The translations under genes were made by a program, and so were the position numbers. A stretch of 64,000 bases of DNA from contig CP075492.1 in NCBI GenBank assembly GCA_021613535.1, forward strand, positions 1,860,001-1,924,000. Direction: 5' to 3'. The first letter of the stretch is position 1, and each line of letters begins with the position of its first letter. Shown in pieces: positions 49,001 to 63,172 of this stretch. Source of the DNA: Adineta vaga (Eukaryota > Animalia > Rotifera). The notes under the pieces are model-generated. The model was not told the origin of the DNA. It saw only the letters and a list, made by a program, of their open reading frames with translations, and searched no databases.

Positions 49001-52000
49001 AGTAAGTGAAATCAGCTAAGCTTAAGAATAAAAGACTTTTCCAGATGCGGTCAATTGATTTGACTCATGAACCCAAGCTAATCTATATTTTATTCTAAAC
49101 ATGTTGACCGACTTAATTGCATCCTTCCAATAAAGGATCAGCGACAGTTTCGTTACCTGTAGTTTAGTAAAACTATTTTCGTATCTGAGTTGTTTTATTT
49201 AATTAAATGTTACTGTTCTATGAGAGAACATTGCAAAGATTAAACAAGCTTGTAGAGAAATTGAGTCAACTGATTGTTAATTTAGTTCAACTGTACCTCA
49301 TAGAAAATAGTAAAAGAAATGTTTTGATAGGTTTATACAAGACTTGGATTATGCTGCCGTACGTATAACTGAGTTTACTCCTATCCTGAATAAGTTAACG
49401 TTAGCTCATCTTCACTCCCAATAGATATCTGTTATTCGAGCTAGAACAGCGTCGTTTGACTCTGGCGCACTAATGAAATAGGTTAGAAATAAGGATCCGG
49501 GTTGAAGCGACTAGCCGCTCTACTAAATATTTTCTATTGAATAAATTTCGAAAATTGTTAAATCCCTACTCAAAGTACTGTAGATTACTACGTTATTGCT
49601 TGACATTAATGTTCACACTGACAAAAACCATCAGGATACTTTCAATTGAATTTAGAGAATAGTTATGTCTCATTTTTCAGTTCGTCTTATGAGTAACTAA
49701 TACAAATCTTCACTCGAAAAAAACATTGTTAACAACATATCTATACAAAAAAAGCAACAGTCCATTATAGATCTGATATTATTAAAGCTCAAGCAAATAG
49801 AAATATATTACTAACTGGAGTGGCTAGCCGTGAGTAGTGCCCCAGAGGGACGCCGACGAACTACTACCCACTCTCATGAACAATCCAGATCGAGTATATT
49901 TTGAGTTACTCTAGAACTCTGTTTGATTTATAGGCTGACTTTGAATATCTACATGAAATCAATATTAGAAAACCCATAATATACGATTCGATGCATCTTC
50001 GTCTCTTCTTTCCAATAGTGAAAACCTAAGCTCTGATCGGAATTTTATTATTATAACTTTAGTTGAAGTATGATCAAATGGCATAGAAAGAAACTTTTAT
50101 CAAGCTTAATATCTGGTACTAAAATGTCGTTGCCACTACTTTTGGATTCCTCTATGTAAAATGTCATCATTACTGAACAAAGATTTCTTCTGTATCTGGA
50201 TCCATTAATTGATGAAAGATTTTTTTTCTTTTAGCTTTTCTTAATCATCTTCGTATTTTATTCAACAGTTTCAAAAAATATATCATCGAATTAAATCTCT
50301 TTCCAATAATTCCTCCATCACAAGATATAACGATTCTTCGCAGACATCAACGATTAACTCGAATTTATTTGACTTTATTATTTATATCCTTTCTCATTCT
50401 TGCTGTTTATGCCATAATAGCACATGAAACAAAAACAGTTACTATCGAATCTCCATCTATATCAAAATATTTACAATTATCTAAGCAATATCCGCTAACA
50501 TTGCAATGTTCCTGTAGTAATATCACAGTAAAATATAATCAATTCATCACAAAAATCGAACCTCAATATCATCCAATTTGTTCAAGTGATTTTGTTTTAT
50601 CCGTTAAAAATGGTACTGGATGGGATACAATTTTTGTTAATGATGATGATGCTGATTTTCGCTTTTGGATCAAATCACAATTGGAGATTGTGTTAAAGAT
50701 GTGTTCAATATCTGAAAATATTTTGAATTCATCATTATCATTATGGCTGCAAAGAAATTTTATTACATCACGTGTTATTTCTCTTGTCGAATTCAACATT
50801 CAAATCAAAGGATTAATTGAAGAATTTAAGAGAACAACCGTAAATGAACTTCTCCTATTATTCAAATTACTTCAAGTAACAAATTTTGCCAATCAGTTAG
50901 CAACAATACGATCATCGAATTGGAAATTCATTATCAATTCAATATATAATTTAAATTCATGCAGTAAAAGAGAATTGGTAAATCCACAGACTTATCAGAA
51001 TCACTTAACTGCTTTAGCCTTGCCACAAAAATATGATGACGAAAAAAATTGTTCATGTGGATCACAATCGAAGTGTGCACAATTCTCTACTTTACCTTAT
51101 CGAGTTTCGAATCAATCGATGAAACAAATTCTACCAAACTTTCTCGCTGGTTGTTCGCCTTTGGATTCGATGTTACAATCGAGTTTCTCTTGTTTTTTTA
51201 ATGAAACATGTTTATATCTTTTGCAAACATCGATTTATTACGTGAAACCTGTTCCAGTTAAGGTACTGGTTTCTTCATCATTATCTTCTTCTAATCGAAC
51301 AGTTGAAACAATTCTTAGTCAAATGCTTGTTGAAGAATGGTTAGAAAATACCTCATTTGATCGCTATTATGAAGGATGTGCTCCGCAAATCTGTGAATAT
51401 TCTTATTCATTGGAATTTAATGGAATTTATTTTGTAACTAAAACATTGGCAATTTTTAGTGGTTTAACAAAAATATTACGGCATACTGTGTCTTTCATGG
51501 CATTGATAGTCATCAAATTAATTAATCGTAAAAGAAAGAGTCAAATAACACCAACATCAAATATTGTTGTAACCGACTTAGATAATGTTACTCTGAATAC
51601 TCTTTCGAACGTGCCAATAACATCAATAGAGGTAATTTTCTTCTGTTTATTGTCATCAATTAATTTTCTTTTGAATTTATTCGATCTTTCAGCGCAATAT
51701 CAATCCAATTCAAGAACAAATCGAATCGTAAGGAATAAACTTAAATTCATTTTTACCTTTTTAATACATATATATTTATTATTATTGAAGATCGAATAAT
51801 CGAAAAGATCGAATAATTGTAATTTGTCTCGGTCTATTAATTATACTTGCAATAATTGCAATATCGACCGTTTCGATTGTAAGAAGAAATACAGAATATA
51901 TATCGACGACAACAGTACTCACTACTTTAATAACTACTACTAAAATAACAGAATCAACAACAATATCGTCAGGTAAACTGTTGTGTATAGAAAAGTCATA

Positions 52001-55000
52001 GTATTGATGATTTATTTCAGAAGTTTGTTATATGACATTGATCTATCAAAATGAAACGTATCAAATTGGTCATGGTGTACAATCATATATCTTTCAGGAT
52101 TTTAATCGAGATTCATTTTTAGATTTAGCAGTGGCAAATTATGACGATCATACATTTAGTATCTTGTTTGGAAATGGAAATGGAACATTCCAAACACAAC
52201 AAGTTTATCCTATTGGTGATGAAAGCTATCCTTGGGGAATAGTATCTGCTGATTTTAATAATGATACATTTTTGGACATAGGTAAATATCTCTTAGCATA
52301 TAGAGCTGAATATATCTACCTAGCTTCATGATTTACCAATGGAAAACCGTAGGAAACATATCGTGTCCGATCCGGTAGGAAATCGATATCGACCGCCGAT
52401 TTTGACAGATTTCTGTCACTTTGGAGCGGAACTGGACAAATCCAGTTACGGAAATACGGCCTCTATGTTTCATCAATTTCTGATATTTTTCCATCGATTC
52501 GAGTGACAGATCTAAAACCATCCCTCGTCGGAACTATTGTGACACAAAAAAAAAGCAATTGTTCAAGTAATCAAGTCGCGATTTTTTACTGAAGTAGAGG
52601 CAATATCATTAAACATTTCCATGTTATGGGATATCATAAGAAATTGATTAAAATAAAAATCAAACTTCGATCATCTAAGAGAAAATCATTTACGAATTCG
52701 AGGCCATCTACATGTATATATCCTAATAGGTAATATGTTAGTTTCCTCTACTGGAAGTAGGGTATACACAAAGTGACGTGACTACGTTCGTTTCTTTTTC
52801 AATTACTAGGCAGTGATAATGGTTTCCAACAAAACTTAAGCAAAGGCCATCGAAGGTGGACAATATGAATTCGAGGTTATTTTCCTCTCATTCACTATAG
52901 TTGAAGTTTTTTTGGGTCCTCTTCCAAATAGAAGCATGTGTGTATATTTTTGAAAACTTTACTAATAAGTAATAAATTGGTTGGCTTTCGCGGCTATGAT
53001 ATGAGTCATTAAGTTTGTTTTGTAGTCCTGATTATAAGATATGGTAATACCTACGTTGTAGAAACTCTGGTTGAGCTGATCGGAAGAATAGATGAGAATC
53101 CAATGTCAGCTTTTACTAAACACTTTTACGTTGTGGGCAGTCACACGTCAGATCTTTTGAAAGACTTTTAGCAGAAGTATGTTAGTAAAATGAAGTAACA
53201 GATTGCTGCGCTACGGTTGTATCGTCATAGACATCAGCCATATGGATAACATTCCAGATATATAAAGAACTATGTTAGGCGAATATGCTCTGTTTGTAGC
53301 GACTAATAAACAGTACCTATTTTTTTGTTTCTTTTTTGATGATAAGAACAAATGGAAATCCATATAATTGCTTTGAAAGTGAATCACATGTGAAGGATAT
53401 AGCGGAGATATTTATAAAAATGGCTAGACGTCAATTTAAGGAATTCCTGCACAGTATTGGCTTGAAAAAAGTGCTAGGTAGCTAGAACGACTTTTTAATG
53501 CAGATTAATTGACACCCTTTCGAGTAGAAATCCGACAGATTTTCATTTTTCTGAAAGAACAGAAGGATTGAAATCTGTGCGGAAAATCACACGCTGTTTC
53601 GTAAATTTCAGAAGTCTTTGAAAATAAATCTATCCGCTATTAGGGATTTAGTTTTTATATGCATAAAAATCCTCATCTATCTTATGAGAAAATAGAGAAA
53701 TAAGGGATGCATGTCAACAGTTAGTCGTGAGTAGCCAACCATAAGGAGGCCGACGAACGACTAGGTGTTAGTTGGAGAGGCTTATAGTGGATCAAATCAG
53801 CCACGGTGAAAAACTCTCTGAAAAGTGATCAAATGATTCGATTTATTAACTAAAACAAATCTTTATTTTAGCTCAGATAATTCGCAATTATACAATAGAA
53901 AATTGCACTATATACAACGACTCTATTAGTAAAAATGTTGACAAATATCAATAAGATCAGTTCTAATAAGTATAATGATTGCTATCTTTTTTCTGGTGAA
54001 TCTCTATAAAATCGAATACATGTCTAAAAAAGTATTAATATAGTTCATTTAATCTAATATTATTTATACCATAACATAGTTTAAAATGTTTTTTGCTATT
54101 TCATAATAAGACTTAGAATGTTGAAAACTATGTATATTCAGTTCGAAATTTCTCGAACTATTTTTGAAAATCAATTCTTTCAGTTTTCTCTATAAAGACA
54201 CTCAATGATAAGAGATTATCTCTATTCTGTCATTGAAAACTTTTTCAAGACTTGAAAATAGTAGCCGATTTAATTAATTGAGTATTATTTTGTTATATCT
54301 TCTAGCTATAACATTGTCAAGAACAATCAACATAGCGATCTTTTTCGGTATCGCATCAAATGGCTCATTCGATAGCGCACCTCATATAAAGACTGCTTGT
54401 CATTTGGATTATAAAGTTCGTGAAATAGATGTTAGTGATTTTAATGATGATGGATTTACTGATTTACTTGTTGATTGCGTGCATCTTTCGAACAGTGTAT
54501 TTTTTATCGGTACTATACTAAATCTTGGTGACGGATATAACTATAGACCTAAACAATTAATACAGTATATCATAGGACATATAGATTCATTTGTTATTGG
54601 TGATTTTGACAATGATAGGAAACAAAATGATATAAGTTTCTGTGGCCTTAACAGATATGAATATAAAGTCTATGTTCTTTCAGCCATCAATTACAATGAT
54701 GACTTCGTGGTAAATATACCCCCCGGAAATAAAATTCATGGAAACCCCCAATCGATCATTCGTGGTCGATTCAATGATGATGAATTAGATGACATTGCAC
54801 TTGTTGCTCTTGAATCTGATACATTACACATTTTACTTGCTTATGGAGATGGAACATTCTTACAACAAATCTATCATACAGATAATTCTCCAGTATCTAT
54901 TGTTCGAATCAATTTTAATAACGATTCAATCGATGATTTAGCTATATTAAATTGTCATCAGACTATCAGTATATATCTCGGAACAAAACTTGGAATATTT

Positions 55001-55171
55001 TCTCAGGATAGAATTCTATTTCAAATTAGTCAAAATCATACTCGACAATGTTTTCGATCTCTCAAAGCAGTTGATCTAAACCGAGATGGGAAAGATGATT
55101 TAACTTTTATTGATCCAGATGCGCAATCTATTCGAGTTTTACTAAGTGACAGCTGTAATAAACATTTTTAA
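43092..55171 (+). CDS. 1802-aa multi-pass membrane protein: 3 tandem TM-Cys-rich ectodomain-TM repeats, a 7th TM, a Thr stalk and FG-GAP/VCBS repeats (7 exons: 43092-44415, 46160-47503, 50235-51631, 51693-51727, 51791-51972, 52021-52281, 54306-55171)
   Basis: All six introns are GT-AG with matching phases (1,1,0,2,1,1). Exons sum to 5409 nt = 1803 codons including the stop. Each repeat shares TR(L/I)YL-TM-CxCS...YH..C.S.F...C.P..C.Y-TM. FG-GAP motifs DFNRDSFLDLAVAN, DFNDDGFTDL, DLNRDGKDDL. Confidence 0.85.
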
Positions 55172-58100
55172 GTGGTATTATCAATTGTACTTTGCTTTCG
55201 ATGTTGTATTTACTTTTAACAATCATTCTTTTCTGATGATTAATGATACTCTTTTGAAAATATCGATGATGAAACAATTAACAACATTTGTATTTATTCA
55301 ATATCTAGAATAATAGATAATTTCATAAAATAGTCTAGATCATGAGATCAAATTCTATCACAAACTGATAATGAACAAGTATTTTCCCATCATTAATAGA
55401 ATATGGTTCGATATATATCAGGGACCGCCACAGGGCAGACTCTACCAGGGTAAGGCGCCCTTCAGGGCATTATATAGAATTTAGAGATCACTCTGGCTGT
55501 CATAATATCTGATGAACCCGAAGAAAAAAAGTACATATAGTAAAATCTCTCTATAGTGAACATCGTCGAGAACTTTCAAAAAAAGTGTTCACTTAAACTA
55601 TCTCAAATTAATAACTACCTCTTCTAACTATAACAAATTTTTATGAAAAACATGGATGTTTATTGACTTGACATCTTTCAAGTTGATGAAGAACTGAGTA
55701 AGCGGTGCAATAAAAGAATGCAGTCATGATTGTGAGAAATAGCTCGTAAATACAATTATTTGATCATCTTCATTGCACAGATGAGCTTGAGTTCTTTTTG
55801 AATCAACATGTGTTCGTCATTTCATAATCGTGAATGGAGAAGTTCAGCATTGCTTCATCTGTAAACCATGAATTCACTGCAGAATATTCATCATTTACGA
55901 TTAGTGCTTCTCTTATTCTATATACATATGACGATATTTCTTATGATAAGTAAATTATCGATCAATTAGCTTAGCACCGCCTCAGAATATTTCGAGAAAC
56001 CGATGATTTTTTCTTGTCAAATTAAATAAAAAATTGACAAATCCGCGACCATATGTGGTTTGTCAAAATTTATAGAGTTCCAATAAAATTGAAAAAATTT
56101 TCTCGATTGAAATCTAAAATCTCACAAATTGTGAGAAACCATTAAAAGATTTGATTTCTTCGACTCTGAACAATCTTTAATGAAACTCTTCGCCTCTTTT
56201 TCCTCGTTTTAGCCTCTTTTTTTCTCAAAAACTCAAGTGAAAGGAAGCAGACTAAACATGAAACAATTCTTCGTCATATTTGTGTTCTTTTATTGCTTTG
56301 AACATAAGTATTGTTACTTTGTTCTTTTTCGTTGCGAAAAAATGATAGATCTACGGATATAACAAGTTTAATTATTATCAACTGTGTATTTTCACTTCGT
56401 TCTGTTACTTATCATACTAACCTGAATAAGTTATACAGGTTTCGTAGATCGTTTCTTTACTCTATATGTAAGTAATTCAAAAAGGATGAACTTCCCATGA
56501 GATTCAATCCGACTTGTAAATTAGATCGTTTTCGATTGGATTCGCGTCGAATTTCATCGTAATCCGACATTTTGCATAAGACAACGATCAGATCCTGTCG
56601 GATCTGATCTCTCACGAATCTCCTGAGTTGTAGCCTATACCGTTCTCAGGTAAAACTAAAATACCGAATATTATGAATTTGAGCATGACTTTACTAGACT
56701 CTTTATTCGAGATGACAAAATCGAAAAAAATTTCCTGCAACGGCCTATAGCTAAATTAGGATAGCCTTCTAATAGATTCTCAAAGACTTTTATCTAGAAA
56801 AAGTACAAGATCTTTATCAATTGGCATGGGGGAGGGCGAATACTCCCTCTGAACATGACCTCAAATTTTGTCAATTTATAGAGGGCACCTCCAAGGGTAT
56901 AGATATCATAATATTTTTTGGGTTGGATAAGATTTTCATGGATGTATGAACTTCACAAAAAGTCAAAATCCTGATATTTAGGCCTAAACGAGAAAAGTAA
57001 TTCTTACGCAGTCCAGTTCTGTTAGGAAACATTTTGGAAAAAAGCTGTTCGTGAAAAATTATTTATTGGAGTAGCCGGATGTTCGCCAATTGACGAAAGT
57101 CCAATAAGCTTGTACTAGTGATGTCAAAATTCTATCAACCTTTCGTTTATATGACTGTAAATCTGGTATCGAATAAATTTGTTACCATTTGTTATACTCA
57201 GATAATATTCATTTTTATCGTCATCATAGCTTTAATAACTAATAGCTGTCGTAAATCGTTCTGTAGTGTTACGATTCCCGGTTACTGATGATATAGAAGC
57301 TTCATTTGATGAAGCAACATCCGTAGCCAAATCTTCTACCAAAACTCTATTAGGAAATGTCGATCAAAGCAAAAAATATAAAGAAAGTGCAGCAGATTCG
57401 ACGATAAATTGTAGTAAATCAGAAATATGTTTGATGTCACGATAACAATCAACAATTTCGAAAACTGAATCGGATCTTTGAAAGTACACATTTAAACAAA
57501 TAATTTAATGCATTATTTAAAACATATTAAGCTATCTGTTTATTTAGAAGCATATTCCGAAGAGTATTTTTTTAATTCATTATAAACGAGATATCATCAA
57601 ACAATTATAAAAAAGAAATTTACATTATTATCCATCTTACTTAACGTTCTATTATTAATAATTGAAGCTTGGCATATCTTTTGTTGTTGTTTTGTATTAC
57701 TTTCTCTGTGCTAGTCCGTTTTATTTTAACTTTTAACAGATGACACCTTACTTAAGAAGATTTTTTATTTTCAAGAAGAATTTCATCAATAAAGCAGTTA
57801 CTGTACAACCAACTTAAAGTTTAAAAAATGTTGTGTCTCGTACAATAATTTAGACCTGATAGGTTTTTGTTCAACTAAACCATCAAAATCAACACGTGCA
57901 GCAGTACGTAAAACAAAAGAAGTCAAGAAACTATTGAATTTATTACAATCAAACAAGAGATCATTAATTGATACAGTAATGTCGTTTGCATATCTAATCG
58001 ATGAATCAGTTGGCAGTAGAAAGAAAGGAAAGAAAAGCAAAAATAATATTCAAAACCTGATTCATCATCATCATCATCATCAAGTTCAGTATCAGATTCA

Positions 58101-58430
58101 GATTAAAATGTTTTTATTATATGCTTTATTTACCTTATTCCAGCGTTTCTTAGATTGATTTTATTATTATTTCTGGATTATTTCACGTGATATTCTCTAT
58201 TGTTTTCTATACACTCCAGCACTTTATTTTTCAAAATTTGATATGGTCATATTTGAACGTATTCTAACAACACGCATGTAGGTACTTTATAACAATGTCA
58301 CTCAACTTTTGCCAATATTGACGGAAGTTTACAGGACCTTAGTCAATAGTTGGTGGAAGTCTTATTGGCAAACGGCGGGAATTCCCATATATATCTAATA
58401 ATGGGCACTCTAGGAGGCTACTATAGGGTA

Positions 58431-58838
58431 CACTCTACAGAAAAAAGGTAAGTTGACCGAACCCATCAAAAGGATTTCGTAGAGTTCAAAAGCTTCAGAA
58501 TGCGTCGATAAATCGAAAGAAATGGTTTTCAAAATCTACGAAACCTAAAAAGGATCTGACCACGGGTACACGCTCCGAACCATCATCTACGAAACCTTTA
58601 TGAGTTTTGTACGGCGAAAAAAAGGTTCTGTGAGCAAATACGAAACTTTTTTTTGCTGTACGAAACTTAATGAGGTTTTGTAGACGACGGTTCAAAGCGT
58701 GTACCCGCGGTCAGATCCTTTTTAGGTTTCGTAGATTTTGAAAACCATTTCTTTCGATTTATCAACGCATTCTGAAGCTTTTGAAATCTACGAAACCCTT
58801 TTGATGGGTTTGGTAATACATCTTTTTTATTTAGAGTG
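58431..58838. mobile_element. Palindromic MITE with CAC...GTG termini and TA flanks
   Basis: TA|CACTCTACAGAAAAAAG ... CTTTTTTATTTAGAGTG|TA, with long inverted arms (about 58431-58605 vs 58665-58838). Confidence 0.85.
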
Positions 58839-59419
58839 TATATGATAACAAATTGTATTAAAAATTCTTTCTGATTTAGATAGAAGACCACAAATTGTTG
58901 TATATTGAAATCATTTGAACACTCTAAAGAGGACTTCAGAATGGCATGTGTGCTGAACAAACTTTATTTTCTAGGTAAAAGCCTATATTCAGGTAGTCCT
59001 GAGACAGAAAATCCTTAATAATTTTCTTATTTGTCGATCAAGTTTAGATAAAAATACCATATTCGCGATCAGCGCGACGAGCTCTATCGGACTACATATA
59101 AGACAATAAAATCGAAGTCAAAATCGTTTTTTTCTCATTCCTGGGGAGTACCTCAGGGTCAAAAAATTGAAAATCGACTTTTCAAAGTTTTGGCCCTTAA
59201 AAAAGATATAGGGTAGTGCCCTGGATAATATAGTATTAAGATCGAAATCAAATCTCGTGAACTGAAACATAGTGAAATCGCCACACCTCCTTTATTTTAA
59301 AATATTTGAAACACCGAAAGCTTAACATAAGTAAAAAGCATATAGAACTGAAAGATGAAACAATTTTAAATGGAAAATCTTGTATTTCTCTCTTGATACA
59401 CATTTGAAAATGATAATCT

Positions 59420-61624
59420 TTATAGATCATATCTTTCACAAATCAATACATCTTCATAGTGTGCATTAGAAATACCTATAATCAAAACACTGTCGTTGAG
59501 AAGAATGGAATTGTGATCATATCGAAAGAAATTCAATAGAAGAGTACTTGTCCATTGATTAGTTTTTGGATTATATAGTTCGGTGACAACTATACATTCA
59601 TCTCCCGAAAGATAATTACCTCCAACTGCTAACACTTGACCTGTTGGTAAAAGTGTAAGAGTAAAGTGTGAACGTGCACATGCCATTGGTTGAGCAAGTG
59701 AGAATGTTTCGGTGATAGAGTTATATATTTCAACAGATGATACTGTAGTAGAACTCGAATTGACACCACCAGCTATTAATACATTTCCATCAGGCAGCAA
59801 TACGGCTGCACAATCAATGCGCGTTGTAATCATATCACCTACTGTGTAGGACCAAGAGCCTTCTTTGTAAATCTCTGGTCGTATTGGTAGTAATGAGCCG
59901 TACGAATCATGGCCACCGATAACCAGCATTGAAAGTCCATCGTCTAATAATATCGCTGTATGACCATACCGAGCTATATTCAAACTGCCTGTGGTAACAA
60001 ATGTATGTGATAATGAATTGTAAAGTTGATTGCTGGAAGCGACTGGCATATTGTGTGCAAGGATTCCACCAACAATCAATACTTCGCCATTTCGCAAAAG
60101 TGTTGCCGTATGATGTATTCGTTGTTCGTTCATAATATTCGGTACAAAGAACCATTTATCCATGTATATATTATATATTTCTGCTGTATGTCCATCAATA
60201 TCATCATCACTACCAATAGCTAAGATGTTTTTATTATCCGACAGTAATGTCAAGGTAAGTCCAAATCGTACTACATTCATATTCGAAACTTTTCGCCATT
60301 TTCTATTTACTGAAGAATAAATTTCACAGAATGGAACTGGCGCGAAGTAGGATGAAAATGGCCCGAATGTACTATCATATCTACCAATACCTCCGCACAC
60401 CAATATCTCTCCATTTGGAATAGCTATTGCAGGAAATCCTGCCCGTTTTATCGTAAGAGATGAATCTAGAATCCATTGATTTTGTGGTACCGTTGTTGAT
60501 ATATATATTTCCTTATCTATATTATCAAAGAAAAATTTTATAATAGTGATTAGATAGACGATTTTATACATGCATATAATGCACAGTTTGTTTTTCTTTT
60601 AAAATTTATTATAAAATCTAAAAAGTAATATGAATCAAATTCGTTACCAAGATTTTTTTAATTTTTCAAGTATTGATATGTATGTCTTCTAATTTCTCTT
60701 CGAAACGATATGTTTTTTTTTATTTAATCAAGAAATATTCTCATGTCAATTCTATCTCTAATTAGTCTAAAGCTTATTAACCTAAAAAATATCCTTAATT
60801 TTTATCATCTTTGCAGTACTCAAACATTTCCTTACTAATGTTCGCTACATAAAATCTCCTAAACATATCCCTTTTGATTGTTTAATTATGAAATTTTATT
60901 AAAGTATAGTTTACATGCATTCATGGTTGAAACTTACCATGAATAAAAGAAATCATATGTGTAGAAAGATCGGTTGTTGATACGTCCGTAGATGTTTGAT
61001 ATACACCATCATCTAAACAGATAAATATATATTAAATAATAATTAATGCTGAAAGTTCTTTAAATAATTTTTAATTTTTCAATACTTTAGCGATAAGATC
61101 AACTCTATAAAATGGATAAAATTTCAAAATATATACATCTATAAAAATTCATTTGGAATAAAAAAATCTCTCAATAATTGTATCAGATAAATATCCAACC
61201 TCATCCATATTCTAAAGTAAGTAATGTACGGTCAGAACTTGTTAATATCAAGAAGGAGGAAGAATTAAAATAATCTAACTAATATTTAGATTCTGTTTAT
61301 CTGGTTGAAGATAATTCATTCAATATGATCCTCTCACTGGTTTTTACAAGACAAAACTTTTAATGGAAAATTAGGCGATCGTTTTTTTACCTTTTGTTGT
61401 TTCATTATTTACTGTTCGGTTGATATCATGTTCAGAATCGTGCGATAAAAGAATGAATGTGATCATTATTGCCAAAATAATCACTGAAAACCCTATTATT
61501 ATTAGAATTCCAACGAGACTACATCGTCGACAATGAAAACTATGAGAAGAAAAGAAAATTTAATATTTTTTTTTTCTTTTTCAATATGATTATTTTACCA
61601 TTGTCTGGATAGAATTTGTTGCAT
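59420..61624 (-). CDS. Type II membrane-anchored Kelch-repeat protein (proposed exons 61624-61599, 61539-61391, 61012-60938, 60516-59420)
   Basis: Intron phases 2, 1, 1 are compatible. TM LVGILIIIGFSVIILAIMITFILL, Thr/Ser stalk exon, then Kelch repeats (HTATLLRNGEVLIVGG etc.). Confidence 0.75.
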
Positions 61625-63172
61625 TTGTGATTAATAGATTTCTAAAAGAAAAAAAACTTTATATGGAATATATTCTTCACTGAATAATCATTGAAACGCA
61701 TTTTTTGTTGTAAATTTTAGAATAAAAAAGAGTTTGTTATTTTGCCAGATCTAATTCTTATCTACTTTTTCTTTTTAATTTTTTTTATTGAGAAAACAGT
61801 AACATATGTAATCTTATCAAAATAGAAAAACCGATGAAATACAAAATTTTATGGATTATGAAACAATATGAAAGAAGAGAATGATAAAAATACTGATATC
61901 TTGAAATGTAGCACTTTTATTCTTGATCAATGAATATCTGCATTTGTTCACAAGAAAGCAACATGCAGAAGAGAGAGAAACAAGACGGAACAAACTTGAT
62001 GATTAGAGCATATGTCCGAAGTCGATAGTGAGAGAAAAAGACATGCTTTTAAAATCATAAAAAATGAAAAGCAAAAAACAAGCATAATTATTTTCATTGT
62101 CCAAAAGTAAACATCTATCGCTATCGTGAATCATTTTGGCATTGTATTATTTCGATTCTTGAAATTGAGTTTATTGATAGGCGTAAATCAAAAGAAAACA
62201 AATTAATCTATATGACTGAGATATGAATCAATTTGGTAAATCCAACTTTTGCTTTTCAGCAATCGATAAAAGCCAAAAATAGCTTAAGAGAGGGTCCATG
62301 AGAAAATAGACCTATTCACTGTAAAAAGTAACAGTATAGTACAAAACTCTTGTCTTGTCTTCAACATGCCAAAAGCTTTCGAGGGATTTTTAGACGACAC
62401 GTACAGGGGGGAAACAGCCAACTCCAAATTTGTAACACAAGTTCTAAGGATCTTGAAGTGAGGGATTACAGTCGAAAGTATTCAGAGAAAGCTTAATGCG
62501 TTGGAAGCCAATGTAGAGTATGCTCTGGAGTACGGGAGTATAGATAAAAAAGTGTTCAAATACTATCAGAAGGACTGACTACATGAGTCTATAAATGATA
62601 ACCAACTTAAATTTTCAAAAGATTCTTTTAAATTATCAATAGTCTATCTCTTTTATTCGTGTAAACTGGTAATTGTTCGAGAAATCGTAATACTAGCAAA
62701 GCTAATAATTATGTTCTATCGTTCAAAACATGACCCAATATAGGTTCAACAAGTACAAACATGTTCTTTTCCTGTTCTTTCATTGCCGTCCGAAATGTAC
62801 AAATAATTGTCGCATAGAAAATACATTGTATATGATATTGGCACGTATTCATTTTGGCATTAACAACTGAGAAAATACTGACTACTTTAGAACATCGATA
62901 AAGCTACTCAGCATGTGATCATCTATTCAAATTTTGTTCTTTTAATTTTTCTTTTTAATTGTTTGTATTTGAAAATAAATAAACTTATCCGATAAGCCTA
63001 ATTATAAAAAAAAGAACACTTAAGAAGATTAATGATAAGATAATTGAATCATAATCCGTGAATAATAGAAGCATATATGAGACAAATATTATATAAACGT
63101 ACTATAAGATTGTTTCGAAATATTTTCTCAAATCGAAACACATTCATTGTTGAAATTACATTCTTACAAAGT

